DNA from: Candidatus Micrarchaeota archaeon
Lineage (GTDB): Archaea > Micrarchaeota > Micrarchaeia > Anstonellales > Bilamarchaeaceae
Direction: 5' to 3'
DNA length: 51,552 nt
Assembly (NCBI GenBank): GCA_016926175.1
Contig: JAFGPA010000014.1
Location: forward strand, 1 to 51,552
Numbering within the stretch: position 1 is the stretch's first letter; each line of letters starts with the position of its first letter. Under the pieces are notes generated by a model that worked only from the letters and a program-made list of their open reading frames with translations, made no database searches and was not told the origin of the DNA. The position numbers were made by a program, and so were the translations under genes. Positions 18,645 through 26,668 of this stretch are shown here, one piece after another.

Positions 18645-20159
18645 ATGAAGAAATTATTTTTGTTTTTGCTGACGGTTTCCATTGCGCTGGCGCAGGGCCC
18701 ATCAGAAATACTTATTGAACAGCTTTCCATAATCTATGCAATAGCCGGGGCCATGATAATGCTCATGGTTGTTCTTGCAGCAGCAGCCTATGTTATAGGA
18801 AACTTTTTTGGTGCCGAGACCAGGGCAAAAGCGACCGTGTGGGCGCAGGGAATGCTTGTTGCAGCCGGCATATCAGTTATGGCAATAGTGATGATGAATT
18901 TTATCGTTCCCGGTATCCTGCAGGGCGGATCGCAAGGTGATATAGAAGTGGTTACTCTTGCAGACCAGCTAAGGCAGCTTGGCCAGACCGTACTTGCAAG
19001 CCTGATAGTCCTGCTTGTTGTTCTTTCTGCAGTAGCATATGTTGTAGGGCAGGTTACCGGAGCAGAAACAAGGGCAAAGGCGACTGTATGGGCTACAAAC
19101 CTTCTTACCGGGGCCATTATCGCATCAGTAATCTATGCCCTGCTTTTCATGCTGCTCACAAATTTCAGGGGACTTCTTGCCGGAACACCCGTGGGCCAGT
19201 ATGCTGACGTCATAATAATAGTTGCATTTTTCGTATCTTTCTTCATTCTTATCACATACCTTCTCTCAAAAGTTTTCAAAATCCCTGAATGGGAGGCCTA
19301 TCTTAGCGTGGAGATGTCCAATCTTATATCCTCATTCTTTATTGTTGTTTTCGTGGTCGGACTGTTTGCTGCAGGGACTGCGGTTTCCCTTATGTTCGGC
19401 GCGGATCCAAGCCCGCCCAAGGCTGCAATAGCTTATCTGCGCAACGATGTAATCGAAAGCGTTCTCCAGGGCCTCATAGATGTTTACAAGATCCAGGCAT
19501 GCACCTCAATATTAAACACAATCAGCAGGAGAATAGGCGAATTTGTCCTTACATCCACCTACAAGGTCTTTCCCGGAATCGATACTTTTGTCAATATCAC
19601 CAGCATGCTTGCCATGGGGCTGGTTTCTGTTTATGCAAGCCTCTCGGTGCAGGTAGCGCTTCTTTATCTTGTGGATCAGACAATGGTGAATTTCATCCTT
19701 CCTGCAGGCCTTATCCTGCGGTTCTTCCCGCCTACCCGTGATGCAGGGGCATTCCTTATCTCGCTTGCCTTTGGCTTTCAGATAATATTTCCGACAACCT
19801 ATCTGCTGAACGGAATGATTTTCAATGAAATAGGCGCGACTGTCTATGAGTCGTCAGCCGCCACATTTGTTATACAGGATGTCTGCGGTCCTTTCAAATA
19901 TGGCCTTTACGGTGTTGTGATAAATCCAAGCGTCAATCCGGTCTTCAGCTTCTTTCCCGGCGGACAGGCTGCAGGAACTATACTTGCACAGATCTTCTCA
20001 GAAGGATTGCTGAATCTCATGACAATGGGCCAGTTCACGGTTTTCATGGAACAGATATCAAAGCTTTCACTGCTTTCACTGTTCCTTCCTGCGCTCTCGA
20101 TGCTTGTTACCATAGCTTTCATAAATGCTATGACCAAATTTATTGTTGGAAAGATGTGA
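18645..20159 (+). CDS. Uncharacterised polytopic membrane protein, array paralog 2 (subtype B), with signal-peptide-like N-terminus and duplicated two-helix module
   Basis: 504 aa. N-terminus MKKLFLFLLTVSIALAQG. GAETRAKATVWA occurs twice. Block B LRFFPPTRDAGAFLISLAFGFQIIFP (from 19716). Starts 2 nt after the paralog 1 stop. Confidence 0.8.
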   Translation: MKKLFLFLLTVSIALAQGPSEILIEQLSIIYAIAGAMIMLMVVLAAAAYVIGNFFGAETRAKATVWAQGMLVAAGISVMAIVMMNFIVPGILQGGSQGDIEVVTLADQLRQLGQTVLASLIVLLVVLSAVAYVVGQVTGAETRAKATVWATNLLTGAIIASVIYALLFMLLTNFRGLLAGTPVGQYADVIIIVAFFVSFFILITYLLSKVFKIPEWEAYLSVEMSNLISSFFIVVFVVGLFAAGTAVSLMFGADPSPPKAAIAYLRNDVIESVLQGLIDVYKIQACTSILNTISRRIGEFVLTSTYKVFPGIDTFVNITSMLAMGLVSVYASLSVQVALLYLVDQTMVNFILPAGLILRFFPPTRDAGAFLISLAFGFQIIFPTTYLLNGMIFNEIGATVYESSAATFVIQDVCGPFKYGLYGVVINPSVNPVFSFFPGGQAAGTILAQIFSEGLLNLMTMGQFTVFMEQISKLSLLSLFLPALSMLVTIAFINAMTKFIVGKM

Positions 20160-20160
20160 T

Positions 20161-21543
20161 ATGGCTACTGTACTGGATTTTTGGGGGGCATGGCTGCCTG
20201 TTGCCGGTGCTGCAATGGGACTTACAGTCGTAATCATATCCATTATCTGGATGCTTTCAGAACTCCTGCAGAATGACAAGATGAAGGGCTGGGCCAAGAT
20301 GGAGCTTGTTGAGGTTTTCTATTCTGCAATCATTCTTTCCATGGCAATTACCGGACTTCCTATAATTGACAATGTTATAAAGACTGCCCTTATAGGGGAT
20401 GGCGGCAGTGCAATGACCTGGGTGCAGTATGAAGTTGATGGAGCAGTACAGCCATGGCAGCTTACCAACATCTGCAATTTTCAGGATGACCGCATAGGAG
20501 CGGCAGAAACTTCGGTTTATCACGGCGTACAGTCCTGCCACATGCGGCTTGGCATATGGTATCTGCGGGAGATATTCGATGAGGCAAAAAGGTTTGCATT
20601 TGACATTTATCTCAGCTATATATTCACTTCCATGCTCGCAGAATTTACCATCAACATAGAATTCATTTTTGAAAAGGCAGGGTTCTTTACATTCACCCCC
20701 TGGAAGGGTTTCTTTACAATGGGCAATACAATAAAGGCACAGGTGTTTGACTGGGCCATAAAAATCATGATGATCACCAAATTCCAGGAAATCCTGCTGC
20801 GTTTCATTGCCGTTGCCCTGTTCCCCGCACTGTTTGTGATGGGAGTAATACTAAGGACATTTGCATTTACCAGAAGGCTTGGAGGTCTTCTTCTTGCCAT
20901 GGCACTGGCGCTTTATTTCTTTTATCCTGCTTTCTATGCATTCGGGGCAATAGTGATGATGGACATCAAGAATGATCCGGCTGTCCGCAATGCATGGCTC
21001 TCTCCTGACAATCCCGCCAACCCCGGAAACTACGATATTGATCCATTTACAGGGCCAGAGGATTACCCCAATCCGCCCATAGCAAATACTATGTACATGC
21101 AGGGCAACTTTTCCATGATAGGAGGTGACGGCAATTTCAATACTGAAGAAGCCTCGCGGAGCCTTGAACGGTATGAAGGCTATACTGATGCACAGTATTT
21201 CAATGCCCTGGAACAAAAGGAGGACGGCACCACATTCACATTCAATCTTGGGGACCGCACAGCCTATGAGCAGTCCACTGATGAAGAAAGAAAGGCGGCA
21301 TACCAGAATGCATATTCCAAAGGCCTGGAATGGTTTAATGACGTTTCAAAGGAAAACAAGTTTGACCGATTCGTCACATTTGCATGGGAGCCAAACGGGC
21401 CCATAGATACTCTTTCAAGAATCACATTCTGGTCATTGTTCTTCTCGTTTTTCAGTATAATAGGGACCATAGCGGTAATCCGGTCGCTGTCGATAACCTT
21501 CGGCGGTGACATTGAGATTGCAGGACTTACGAGGCTGATATGA
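20161..21543 (+). CDS. Uncharacterised polytopic membrane protein, array paralog 3 (subtype A)
   Basis: 460 aa from the ATG at 20161 (1 nt after the paralog 2 stop). Block A QNDKMKGWAKMEL. Block B LRTFAFTRRLGGLLLAMALALYFFYP (from 20851). C-terminus FGGDIEIAGLTRLI. Confidence 0.8.
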   Translation: MATVLDFWGAWLPVAGAAMGLTVVIISIIWMLSELLQNDKMKGWAKMELVEVFYSAIILSMAITGLPIIDNVIKTALIGDGGSAMTWVQYEVDGAVQPWQLTNICNFQDDRIGAAETSVYHGVQSCHMRLGIWYLREIFDEAKRFAFDIYLSYIFTSMLAEFTINIEFIFEKAGFFTFTPWKGFFTMGNTIKAQVFDWAIKIMMITKFQEILLRFIAVALFPALFVMGVILRTFAFTRRLGGLLLAMALALYFFYPAFYAFGAIVMMDIKNDPAVRNAWLSPDNPANPGNYDIDPFTGPEDYPNPPIANTMYMQGNFSMIGGDGNFNTEEASRSLERYEGYTDAQYFNALEQKEDGTTFTFNLGDRTAYEQSTDEERKAAYQNAYSKGLEWFNDVSKENKFDRFVTFAWEPNGPIDTLSRITFWSLFFSFFSIIGTIAVIRSLSITFGGDIEIAGLTRLI

Positions 21544-22757
21544 TGGGAAAATCTATCCTGCTGCCGCTTATTCTCCTTTTGCTTATGCCTTTTTCTTTTG
21601 CCGCTTCGCAGGGTGACATGGGCGATTTCTTTGATGAAACCGTTGACAGCATGGAAACACAGGGCCAGCTCTGGCTGGAAGGGCAGGCAGCCGGACTTGG
21701 AACTGGCGGGGCAGTATTCGGAAGCCTTCTTGAGACATTCAGCCCGTCACAGTGCGGCGATTCATGGATTACAACTACGAATATTTTCGGTACATGGATT
21801 GCACCAGTAGCACTGACGATAATGATAGTTGTCATAGGAATCGCAATTCTTTACATGGCAGGGCAGCTTTTCAGCTCCCCGAACCTGATTGCAATATCAA
21901 AGGAGGAGGCGTTCCAGCTTGGCCTTACTGTTTCCAAGCTCATAATAATCATAGCCGTGCTCAACTCCGGCGAACTCTGGTACAGAATCGCAAGCGCCGG
22001 CATTGCAGATCCAGTTTATGCAAACAACAATACCATGATCGATGCCTCCATGGCTTTTTCAAGGCTCATGGCAAAGGAAATGATCGACCACTATTCAATG
22101 CTTCTTATCTACAACATGGTGATCCACACTATATTCTCATCAACGATGTGGTTCGGCGTTACCTGGCGTGCCATGTATTCCTTCAATCTTGGCCCTGTGC
22201 TCAAACCGCTGATAGATATAGTCGGAAGCGCACTCCAGTTTTTATCGCTTGGAGTAAGCGAATGGATGCTGCACATAATAACATTGTGCATCCTGAAAAA
22301 ATGGGCCTGGGGGCTGTTTATCCCAGTCGGAATCCTGCTTCGTTCCATTCCCTATACGCGAGGGGGAGGGGAGGCTCTGCTATCCCTTACATTCGCCCTC
22401 ATACTTTTCTACCCTTTCATGTTTCTTTTTGATTATGAAGTCCACAAAGTCATGAAGTATAACCTTACTGATGCAAAACATGCAATGGGCGCATTCCTTG
22501 AAAAGAGCGGACTGCTTGCAGTTTTCGGAACAGTGCTTATAATGGTATTTCTTCTTGCAGGCGTATTTGTTCCGTTCTTCCTTGGCGGAGCCCTGTCTCT
22601 TGTATTTGAATTGATACGGAGTGCCGTCTATTATATAGTTATAATGAGCCTCCTATTGCCATTCCTGAACATTTTCATTACACTTACGGCAGCCAAAGAA
22701 ATGGCTAACTTCTCGAGAGTTGATGTGAACTTCCTCTCATTCCTGAAGATCATCTGA
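21540..22757 (+). CDS. Uncharacterised polytopic membrane protein, array paralog 4 (subtype B), signal-peptide-like N-terminus
   Basis: 405 aa. N-terminus MMGKSILLPLILLLLMPFSFAASQG. Block B LRSIPYTRGGGEALLSLTFALILFYP (from 22338). C-terminus FSRVDVNFLSFLKII. ATGA overlap with paralog 3. Confidence 0.8.
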   Translation: MMGKSILLPLILLLLMPFSFAASQGDMGDFFDETVDSMETQGQLWLEGQAAGLGTGGAVFGSLLETFSPSQCGDSWITTTNIFGTWIAPVALTIMIVVIGIAILYMAGQLFSSPNLIAISKEEAFQLGLTVSKLIIIIAVLNSGELWYRIASAGIADPVYANNNTMIDASMAFSRLMAKEMIDHYSMLLIYNMVIHTIFSSTMWFGVTWRAMYSFNLGPVLKPLIDIVGSALQFLSLGVSEWMLHIITLCILKKWAWGLFIPVGILLRSIPYTRGGGEALLSLTFALILFYPFMFLFDYEVHKVMKYNLTDAKHAMGAFLEKSGLLAVFGTVLIMVFLLAGVFVPFFLGGALSLVFELIRSAVYYIVIMSLLLPFLNIFITLTAAKEMANFSRVDVNFLSFLKII

Positions 22758-22766
22758 GGGCATTCC

Positions 22767-23858
22767 ATGGCACTTTGCACACCTGATTCAATTGTCGGAT
22801 ATGGCTGCGGCGGGAACGGCCTGGAATTCTTTGCGCTGTCTGCAGGTGCAGCCCTGGTAACATCGGCAGCCCTGCTTGCAGGCATGTATCTCTGGGCCAC
22901 ATTCTTCAGAAACCAGCAGATGGATGCTTTTGTGAAAACAGAGCTTTATGAGCTTTTCATTTCAGCCATTCTTGTGGTCATGCTTGGAATTGCGGTTGCT
23001 GCAATGGTAAATATAAAAGTCAGCACCATCATACCCCAGGCTCTCTGGCCTGAAGACATATCCTCAGATACGACAATATATGCGGCCAGCGGAATGTATT
23101 TTGAAAAAGTAGGGAATGACATGAAGGACTGGCTCAGGGTCAATTATTTCATCAACACATATGTTGACCAGGTGGCGTCTGTAACTCCATATACCCGGCC
23201 TCTGGGGGTTGGTCTTGTAGCATCTCCAATGGCAGGGCTTGCATCGCCAATCAAATCACTGCTTTACAATATGACTGTAGCGCTTTCCATTGCATTCATA
23301 ATAAATTCCGCACAGAGCCTGGTCTATGTTTTTGCATTGCAGGCATTCCTGAAATACTATCTTCCGCTGGGGATATTCTTCCGGTGCTTTACTCCAACAA
23401 GAAGGCTTGGAGGGGCACTGATAGGGGTTGCATGCGCATTCCTTTTTGTTTTCCCGGCGCTTATCACGCTTTCCTACAGCATGTTCTACAACAGGGACAG
23501 CGGCCCTCTGGTTTCCTTCGGAAGCGTTGTCCAGCAGTATTTCTTCACCGACACATCCACAGGAAGCTTTTGGGGGCATTTCAGGGATTTCTATCATTCA
23601 AAGTTCACAGATGTTGGGACAAGCGTTACAGATATCATGGCAGTGGGATTCGGAAGCATAGGAGAACTGTTCCAGAAGCTTCTGGGCAATATATTATTTG
23701 TTATAATGATGTTTCCAATCACCATCGTATCGATGGCATTTGCAATAGGATTTGTAATTCCTGCATTCAATATCCTTATATTCACAGCTGTCGCCAAGAA
23801 TCTCAGCAAAAGTTTTGGCGATGAGATTGATGTGACATCGCTTACGAGGCTGATATGA
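22767..23858 (+). CDS. Uncharacterised polytopic membrane protein, array paralog 5 (subtype A)
   Basis: 363 aa. Block A RNQQMDAFVKTEL. Block B FRCFTPTRRLGGALIGVACAFLFVFP (from 23379). C-terminus FGDEIDVTSLTRLI. Confidence 0.8.
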   Translation: MALCTPDSIVGYGCGGNGLEFFALSAGAALVTSAALLAGMYLWATFFRNQQMDAFVKTELYELFISAILVVMLGIAVAAMVNIKVSTIIPQALWPEDISSDTTIYAASGMYFEKVGNDMKDWLRVNYFINTYVDQVASVTPYTRPLGVGLVASPMAGLASPIKSLLYNMTVALSIAFIINSAQSLVYVFALQAFLKYYLPLGIFFRCFTPTRRLGGALIGVACAFLFVFPALITLSYSMFYNRDSGPLVSFGSVVQQYFFTDTSTGSFWGHFRDFYHSKFTDVGTSVTDIMAVGFGSIGELFQKLLGNILFVIMMFPITIVSMAFAIGFVIPAFNILIFTAVAKNLSKSFGDEIDVTSLTRLI

Positions 23859-24934
23859 TGGGTTTCGGATCAAGCTTTCTGAATACTGCGGATTTTACCA
23901 CTCTTTCCATGGCAGCCGCAGCCATCTCTGTCATAGCTTCATCCATGCTTATCATGATTTCAAGGCTGTTTGCACTAAAGGATCTTGAGCAGGTTGCAAA
24001 AACAGAATTCGTCTATGCAGCATCAACAGTCTTCATAGTCGTGATGGTTCTTGCCATTGTCAACGTTGGAGAGCGGGCCCTTGCAGCTCCGGATTCATCA
24101 CTTGCCAGAAGCCTTTACCTTATATCCTTCGGTTGCCCTGTTAACAGCATTGCCGTCTTTGATGCAAATACCCTGATCGACTGGATGAAACTTTATCTTG
24201 AAACTCCTGCAAAATGCGTGCAGTCATTCATGGTTGTTCTTTACGGCCTCAGCGTGCCTGTTGAGGCAATGGCATCAGTTTACATGGAAATATTCATGAG
24301 CGAGCATGCTTCCGGGTTCGGCGTGAAATGGATTGCAGAGCGTATAACAAACACAACCCAGTCGATGTCATTCTACATGTACATGTTTTACCTTCTTGTT
24401 CATGTCCTTAATTTTGTTAAGGGCTATGCAGGATTCTTCTTTTCCATAGGAGTGATACTGCGTGCATTTCCGCCTACGCGGGGAGGGGGGGCATACCTTA
24501 TGGCCATATCCTTCGGCCTTTATTTTGTCTTCCCGCTGGCATACATACTTGTGGCAACTATGGCGCTGCCGCCTTCTGATATAGTGGTTCCTGAAATGAC
24601 AACCGACATGGCAGGTTCCCAGGTCTGCCAGAGCAGGGACGGCAATTTCCAGTATATCTGCGCCCTGCCTGAAGTTACAAGCCCCCAGGACTACGGCTGC
24701 GGAGCATCCATCGGAAAAATGAACGACTTCCAGGCGCAGCTTGAGGAAAACGCGTCCATCCTTGAAAATATGTTCAATTCCAAGATCCTCAGCTTTACAA
24801 GGCATCTTATTTCTGCAATCTGCATACTGCCAATGATTTCCATGGTGATTCTGCTTACATTTGTGCTCAACGCAACAAATCTTTTTGGCGGCAACATACC
24901 TGAAATCGGAAGAGGGCTTGTGAAGCTCATCTAG
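23855..24934 (+). CDS. Uncharacterised polytopic membrane protein, array paralog 6 (subtype B)
   Basis: 359 aa. Block A LKDLEQVAKTEF. Block B LRAFPPTRGGGAYLMAISFGLYFVFP (from 24458). C-terminus FGGNIPEIGRGLVKLI. ATGA overlap with paralog 5. Confidence 0.8.
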   Translation: MMGFGSSFLNTADFTTLSMAAAAISVIASSMLIMISRLFALKDLEQVAKTEFVYAASTVFIVVMVLAIVNVGERALAAPDSSLARSLYLISFGCPVNSIAVFDANTLIDWMKLYLETPAKCVQSFMVVLYGLSVPVEAMASVYMEIFMSEHASGFGVKWIAERITNTTQSMSFYMYMFYLLVHVLNFVKGYAGFFFSIGVILRAFPPTRGGGAYLMAISFGLYFVFPLAYILVATMALPPSDIVVPEMTTDMAGSQVCQSRDGNFQYICALPEVTSPQDYGCGASIGKMNDFQAQLEENASILENMFNSKILSFTRHLISAICILPMISMVILLTFVLNATNLFGGNIPEIGRGLVKLI

Positions 24935-25040
24935 CCAAACTGATATGTCCGTATGGCTGTTTTGCAAAAGCTTAAGACACTGAATTCCGGGAATATTGCG
25001 CTCACATTAGATTAATAAAAGTTGTTTGAGCATGAGCATC

Positions 25041-25592
25041 ATGAAATACGTAATCGATACTTCGCTGTTTGTGAATCCGATTTCCAGAAGCCACTTTGGC
25101 AAGACGCCTTCTGATGCCGTAAAATCATTCATAAAAAAAGCAGAACAAAAAGGCCTGCAGATATACATGCCGCCTTCTGTTTTTTCAGAACTTGCAAATT
25201 TTGTTGATGCCAAAACAATGAATGCGCTTGATATTGCAATAAAGAAAAGATCACCCAATACCTATGCCATTTATCTCCCTGCAGCAGTGCTCTATGATTT
25301 TATAAATGACATGCGCACGCGCGTCAACAGGGGGATAAGGCTTGCAGAGGATTTTGCAGCGGACAATACGCCGAACAATGATGAAAAAATCCGGAAACTC
25401 AGGGAAAAATACCGGGGCGCAATGCGGGCAGGCATCGTTGATTCAGTAGAGGATTTCGAGATGGTGCTTCTGGCAAAGGAGCTTGAAGCCACCCTGATAA
25501 CATGCGATGAGGGAGCGATAAAATTTGCAAACCAGATAGGAGTTGAATGGCTGGGTGCCGACAAGTTCTATGATCTGATCAAAAAAAGCTAA
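25041..25592 (+). CDS. PIN-domain protein of the RNA-ligase-partner (MJ_0950-like) type
   Basis: MKYVIDTSLFVNP (PIN N-terminal Asp), later acidic residues (DSVEDFE, ITCDEG), about 180 aa. Adjacent to a Pab1020-type RNA ligase gene. Alternative starts at 25026 and 25032. Confidence 0.6.
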   Translation: MKYVIDTSLFVNPISRSHFGKTPSDAVKSFIKKAEQKGLQIYMPPSVFSELANFVDAKTMNALDIAIKKRSPNTYAIYLPAAVLYDFINDMRTRVNRGIRLAEDFAADNTPNNDEKIRKLREKYRGAMRAGIVDSVEDFEMVLLAKELEATLITCDEGAIKFANQIGVEWLGADKFYDLIKKS

Positions 25593-26635
25593 TCTGTCAC
25601 TCCTTTTCCATTTGCATATGAAATCAGCTTCTTGCTCGTTGCCGTATATATTTTCCTGAACCTTATGCGGATTCCGTTTTTTTCTTTCCTTTCGAATATC
25701 TTCTCGACATGCACATCCCTGCTCATATGCTCCATAATATCATCCCAGATTTTGTGCGTGTCAATCAGTATCTCAAATTCCTCGGATATGCTTTCCCCTT
25801 TTTTGGCTGCATGGACCGCCTCTGTCAGGCCGGAATAAAAAGCCTCTCCAAGAAGCGCGGCATGCTTTTTCCTGTCAAGCCTGAAATCAACTATTGAAAA
25901 GGATGAACGGAGCACCCTCTGGTAAAAAAATCCTATTGGCATGTCAAAGAGCATCTTCGAGGCTTTGGAAATGTCATCAATGTCTGCAAAAGGAGTGACA
26001 TATTTGATAACCTCCCTGCCATTTTTCAGTAAAATCCCCTCTTTCTTTCCCTTGTTTAAGTCCAGCATAAGTTTTTTCAGGCCATTTATTTTTTCGAATT
26101 TTCCGAAGCAAGGAACCCCTTCTATGCCATATTTCCTAAGAATCCCGTATCTTTGGCCTGGCTCGATATAACTTCCGTCTCCTGCATCGATATCGAATAT
26201 GAGAAGCTTAACGTCGAATTTTCCGGTGGGCCTGGTGTAGGGAGTATTGCCTATCATCTCCCCGCAGAGAACATATCCGGGATTATCTGCAAAGAATTTT
26301 TCCAGCCTCATTTTCCTTGCCTTCTCAGTAACGAAAAGACTGAGGAACCCGCCCCGTGAAAATGCATATATCCTGCCCCTGACAGATGCGATCCTTACAT
26401 TGAAGCCGTCTATTTTCTCTTCAGCATAGACCGGGAGAGCAATATTTTTCTGAATTCCTTTTTCAAGGGTGAAAATCCTCTTTATATGGGGGTAGCCCCA
26501 GATTACCCTATCGCCTATTACCACGGTTCCGCGTTCGATTTTTTCAAAAGGGCTGTTAACCCTGTAGTACGAAAGCTCCCCATTTATTTCTTCTACCCTG
26601 CCTTTTTTTATTCCACGGAGTATCTTTGATTTCAT
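25589..26635 (-). CDS. ATP-dependent RNA ligase, Pab1020/Rnl3 family
   Basis: Nucleotidyltransferase motif I EEKIDGFNVRIA, LCGEMIG (motif III-like), KKEGILLK (motif IV-like), VIKYVTP (motif V-like). 348 aa. Confidence 0.78.
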   Translation of the reverse strand: MKSKILRGIKKGRVEEINGELSYYRVNSPFEKIERGTVVIGDRVIWGYPHIKRIFTLEKGIQKNIALPVYAEEKIDGFNVRIASVRGRIYAFSRGGFLSLFVTEKARKMRLEKFFADNPGYVLCGEMIGNTPYTRPTGKFDVKLLIFDIDAGDGSYIEPGQRYGILRKYGIEGVPCFGKFEKINGLKKLMLDLNKGKKEGILLKNGREVIKYVTPFADIDDISKASKMLFDMPIGFFYQRVLRSSFSIVDFRLDRKKHAALLGEAFYSGLTEAVHAAKKGESISEEFEILIDTHKIWDDIMEHMSRDVHVEKIFERKEKNGIRIRFRKIYTATSKKLISYANGKGVTD

Positions 26636-26668
26636 TGTTTTTCAAAAAGCAGGCTAAATTAATAAGTT

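Noticed and set aside
17368-24934. Calling the six membrane paralogs VirB6/TrbL/CedA-like components of a conjugation or DNA-uptake (type IV secretion-like) system
   Set aside because: There is only an architectural analogy: tandem polytopic paralogs as in Rickettsiales VirB6, and a two-helix hairpin module in P2. No VirB4/HerA-type ATPase, coupling protein or relaxase is adjacent, and I see no sequence motif linking them. This is kept as a hypothesis to test, not a call.
21752-24967. Alternative-frame and antisense ORFs inside the membrane-paralog array (21752-22432, 23384-23824, 23428-23661 and 24368-24967 minus)
   Set aside because: They overlap frames that carry the conserved Blocks A, B and C and coherent TM helices. 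Their products are Arg/His/Cys-rich and non-hydrophobic.
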